A stretch of DNA of 64,000 nt, from assembly GCA_028534125.1 (NCBI GenBank), contig CM052818.1, forward strand, positions 47,742,001 through 47,806,000, in the 5' to 3' direction. The translations under genes and the position numbers were made by a program. The notes below the pieces were generated by a model, which was given only the letters and a program-made list of their open reading frames with translations, was not told where the DNA came from and ran no database searches. Shown here piece by piece: positions 59,486 through 64,000 of the stretch; positions within the stretch are counted from its first letter, which is position 1; each line of letters starts with the position of its first letter. Source of the DNA: Lama glama. Lineage: Eukaryota.

Positions 59486-59949
59486 ACTTCATTTTTAAAA
59501 AATATAATTTAAATAAAATATTTCCTGGAAAAATTCCATGCAAGTCATTCATTACATTTTTCAAAATTCTTTGAATGTCTAATACCTGTAAATCAATTAT
59601 ATCAAATCTCATAAATGACAGAAAGATGAAATTAGCCAAGAAAAGATTATCCAGCTGATGATGTTCTGCTTCATAAGGCAAAATCTTATCAGTCTATTGA
59701 AGGAAAGTTTGAACATCCACCTTATGCAGAATATCCTGCAAAGTGTCACAAGTAATTGAGAAGAAAGAGAAAGTTATCAGGCTCAAAGCTGGTAGGGAAC
59801 ACAGGCTTCGTTCACTTACAGGTTAGAAAGTCAAGGCCCAGACCCACAGAATCGCCCTGCTTCACACTGCAGGCACCTGTGTCTCCATCGGTGCCCTCTT
59901 CAGGACCACGGCAGACGCCTTCACAGGGTTTGTCATCGAACAAAGGAGG

Positions 59950-62900
59950 GTGAGACAGAACAGCACAAACTTGAGGGTGGAGGCCTGAGGTCTCAGCTCT
60001 GACACACGAAGAGCCATCACTCCCATCCTCACAGGGAAGGGCTGCACAAACCCATCCTCAGCAACTTCTTGGCCCCAGCAGAAAACTGACGGCGCAGGAC
60101 AAGCCAAGCCCCTGAAACCTGGGGAGGCGAGGTCCAACGGCCGCAGCCGAGGTCTGCTCGCCAGAAGAAGCCACTGGTCACCTGTGTGGTCACTGTCGTC
60201 AACTGCTGGAGGCTGAGTATGAACCGGCCTGACTGAGAAAGAAACTGTGAGGGGCCATCGTCTTGAGGGGGGTGCACACTCTGGTGGCTCTGACCTCCAG
60301 GAACCCCACCAGGTTCTCACGGTGAAGGGCCAAGAACACGCATTCCTGGCTCTGGCCAGGGTGGCGGAAGAGGGAAGAGGAACCAATCGAAATGTGCCAG
60401 GACGGTCTGCACAACAGAGGCCCGTCCTGCAGGCCTCACCCAACCCAACAAAGGGCAAGGACCCCACTCCAGTCCCTCTCACCTCCCCGTCTCACACAAG
60501 GAGGATCAAAATCGCTAGGGAACTCTCATGAAGGCCAGAGCCCAGGTACACCAGCCTGCTTAAAGACTGAGGTTTAATCTTGAGAGTACAGAACGGTCCC
60601 CTGCCCCTCGACTCACAGCCTCGTTAGAGGGCCCCAGTGCGGTCACGGAGAGTTACAGCTGAGGGGGCAGCAGGAATCAGACACTCTCTAAGGGGGAGCT
60701 CCTAGGAAAGTTCTTAGGAAACTCCAAAGACAACAGGGGAAACAAAAAGTCACGAGAGGAATTTGAAGCCTCTGGCACCTACAGCTTCAGCACACATTAA
60801 ACATAGCTCAGCTCCGACCAACAGCAACATAAAACCTCTCCCGAAAGGCCTTTTACCTCAGTTCCTACTAACAAGTACATCGCGTTCAGCTATCAAGGCA
60901 AGAGAATTCACAATCTGAAGAGACAGAACAAACATCAAAACCAGACTCAGACATGACCAGACACTGGGATGATCACACAGGGAACTAAACTAGCTATGGT
61001 TAATACATTAAAGGTTCTTTGAGGAAAAGGAGACAAATTGCAAGAGCCAATGGGTTATATAAGCAGAAAGATGGAATTTTTAAAAAAGAATCAAAGGAAA
61101 CCCTAGAAAACAAAACCATCGTAAAAAATGAAGACTGTCGGTCAGGCTCATCAACAGAGTAAGCACAGCCGGGGGAAAAGCCAGTGAGCTTGAAGATGGG
61201 GCAACAGAAAGTTCTCATACTAAAGTGCAAACAGAAAAAACAAAATAAAAATTTAAAAACTCAGAACAGAACATCCAAGAACTGTAGGATACTTTCAAAA
61301 TGTATGACATAAGCATAATTAGAATACCAGAGGGAGGAAACAAGAGAGAACAGAGCAGAAAAATATTTGAAGCAAGAATGGCTGAGAATTTTCCCAAATC
61401 ACTTATGAAACCATAGATTCAGGAAGCTCAGAGAACATCAAGTACGACAAATACTAAAATACATACTCCTAGGCATATCATATTTGAAGGTAAAAATCAA
61501 AGGCCAAATAAGAATCTCAAAAGAAATCAGAAAGAAAAGAGAAAAAACACTGTACCTGCAGAGAAGCAAGAATAAGAAATTAGATCTAACTTTTCTTCAG
61601 AAACCAAACAAGCAAGAAGAGAGTGGAGTGAAATATTTAAAGTGTCAAAATTAAAATACCACCAAACTAAAATCCTATTTCCAGGAAAACTGTCCTTCAA
61701 AAGTGAAGGAAAAATAAACACCTTCTCAGATAAGCAAAAATTGAAGGAATCCGTTACCAGTTGTCCCACCTCAAAAACAACGCAAAGTTCTTCAGAGAGA
61801 AAAAAAAAATATGTAAGTCAGAATCTCAAATCAGCATAAACACAGGAAAAGAGATTGAGAAGGAATCAATGAAGGCAAAATATAGTATTTCATTTTTCTT
61901 TTAATTGATCTAAAAGAAAATACTTAAAGCCAGAACAGTGATGATGTATTGGGTGACTACAGAATATGGATAAGGGAAGTGAGTAACAGCAGAGTCACAA
62001 GGGAAGAGAGGGGAGAATCAGGAATACTTTGCTAGGCACTTTTCCTACATATCAACTGGTATAGCGTTATTTGAAAGTGGATTTAGTTTAGTAAAATATA
62101 TATATATGTATATATTGCAAATTCTGGAGCAACCACTGAAAGATGTTAAAAACTGTACTTGATATGCTAATAGAGGAGATAAAATAGAATTATACAAAAT
62201 ACTCAAAACCAGAGAAATCAGGAAAAGGAGGAGGGGAAAAAAAAGAACAGATGAATAGAAAACAATTTCAAATATGGTAAATATTAATCCAACTACATTA
62301 ATAATCATTTTAAATGTACCTCATCTAAATACACCAGTCAAAAATTGGAGATTTTCCAAGTGGATAAAAAAGCAAGATTCAACTGTATGCTTTCTAAATA
62401 AACCCACTTCAAATAAAAAGATTCAAGTTAAAAACAAAGGGATGGAGAAAGATATTACTTGTTAATGCTAATAAAAAGGAAGCTAGAGTAGCTATGTTAA
62501 TTTCAAACAAAACAGACTTCAGACCAAGGAAAATTATCAGGGATAAAGAGGAACATTATGCAGTCATAAAGGGGTCAATTCTCCGAGAAAACATAAAAAA
62601 TACTAACGTGTGTGCACCTAACAACATAGTGTCAATATACAGAAGCAAAACCTGACAGACCTGTAAGGAGAAATAGACAAACCCACTATTATACTGCAGT
62701 TAGAGGTTTCACCACTCCCTTCAGTGACAGGCAGACTCAACAAGTACACAGTTGACCTGAAGAGCACTAAACAGTCAATCTGATTTACCTGACACATACA
62801 ATATTCCATCCAACAACAGCTGAATACACACTCCTCTAGTTCACATGGAACACTCTAGGCCATAAAACACACTTGAACACATTGACAAAAACAAAAGGAA

Positions 62901-64000
62901 TCGTACGAAGTACGCTCTCCCATCGCAATGGAATTAAACTGGAAGCCGGTAACAGCAAGATAGCTGGAAAATCCCCAACTATCTGGAGATTCAACAGCAC
63001 ATTTATAAATAACACATGGGCCAAAGAAGAAGTCTCAAGATGAAAATTAAAATATAACTTATCAAGATGAGCAGAATGTGGCAAATACAGTGCTTACAGG
63101 GAAATTTATAGCATTAATATATAATATAGCAAATATTCCAGAAGAAGTGAGGCTGCAGGGAAGGGGGCAGGGCACAGCCATTAAAGGAAGGACGCCGCAA
63201 TGAGCACCAAGACGGCAGGAGATCCAACTCCCAGTGGACCTTGAGCTTCAATACGCCTTCATTGTCACACAAAGGCTGCTAAGTGGCACACCCACCGGTG
63301 CCATGACACTTTCAAGACTGACCATAAAAGGTCAAAAAGTGGGCAATGGCCCAATTCCAAAGGCCCAAAAAGTGGGAATACCCGCCCCTTCCCCACAGTA
63401 GTTGGAATAGTCCTCCCATTTGTTAGCATATGAAGTTACCGAGCCCATGAACGCTAGCAACCCCACACCTTGTGGCCAATCTCACTTTCCTAGGTGACCC
63501 CACTCTCTGAGGCCACCACCTCTAGCCTCTTGAGATGGCCCGGATTCTGCCTGTGGAATGTGTATCTCCTAGGCCTCTCGGTCGCGCTCTCCGTCCTTCG
63601 GAGACGCCTGCACTCTGTCTACGGGGTGCATCTCTGTAAGCAAACCCACCTTCACTCAACTGTGGCTCTCTCTTGAATCCTTTCCTGCGCATAGCCAAGG
63701 ACCCTCACCTGGCGGGCGCATCCCAGGGACTCACACAAGACCTGACCCAAGTCCCAAGACGCGACCATTCTGCATCAGAAGAAAGATCTAAAATCAGTCA
63801 TCCAAGCTTCCTCTTTAGAAAACCAGAGTAAGAGCAACTTGGCCTAAAACAAGCAGGAGAAAAGACGCAGTAAACACTGGGGCAGAAGTCAATGAACTCA
63901 TAAACGGAAAAGCAACAGAGAAAAACAAAAACTCACGAGCTGATTCTTAAAAGACCAATGAGGCTGATAAACACCCAGTTGTGTTAGGCAGGTAGGTAAG
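59950..64000 (+). mobile_element. Ancient L1 5' half (5' UTR, ORF1 remnant, ORF2 endonuclease remnant), interrupted by an LTR and running off the window
   Basis: ORF1p C-terminal remnant KILFPGKLSFKSEGKINTFSDKQKLKE (61642-61839) and ORF2p N-terminus IIILNVPHLNTPVKNWRFSKWIKKQDSTVCFL (62274-62465). Many stops and frameshifts. 5' boundary approximate. Confidence 0.85.
63148..63777 (+). mobile_element. ERV1 solo LTR (LTR39/MER4-group-like) inserted in L1 ORF2
   Basis: TG...CA termini (tgaggctgcaggg...ttctgcatca) and 4-bp TSD GAAG (63144-63147 / 63778-63781). L1 ORF2 sequence resumes straight after (gaagaaagatctaaaatca). Confidence 0.85.

Noticed and set aside
1..64000. Novel multi-gene system, CRISPR array or prokaryotic-type operon
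   Set aside because: Mammalian intronic DNA with no regularly spaced repeat-spacer array, no gene-dense coding block and no foreign-looking insert that I can detect.

Overview
Mammalian genomic DNA, probably from a camelid (camel/alpaca/llama), judged from four tRNA-Ala-derived SINE copies and cetartiodactyl-type L1 3' ends. The window lies inside the 5' part of the RBR E3 ubiquitin ligase gene RNF144A on the minus strand. One coding exon is clearly supported: 6482-6627, with ATG at 6616, encoding residues 1-45 (start of RING1). A plausible upstream non-coding exon ends at a strong donor at 58175. The rest is intronic: young and ancient L1s, L2, MIRs, MaLR and ERV1 solo LTRs, microsatellites and a 500-N assembly gap. 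I see no previously undescribed coding system, and the other ORFs in the track are chance GC-rich frames or L1 remnants. The most interesting observations: a possible spliced uORF whose stop overlaps the RNF144A start codon; a MER41-like solo LTR with TATA, ETS and degenerate GAS motifs near an interferon-related locus; a small twin-primed 5'-inverted L1; an N-gap whose flanks join seamlessly within one L1; and strong local AT-to-GC drift in old repeats. Repeat subfamily names come from recalled consensus sequences and need RepeatMasker/Dfam confirmation. Boundaries without TSDs are approximate.
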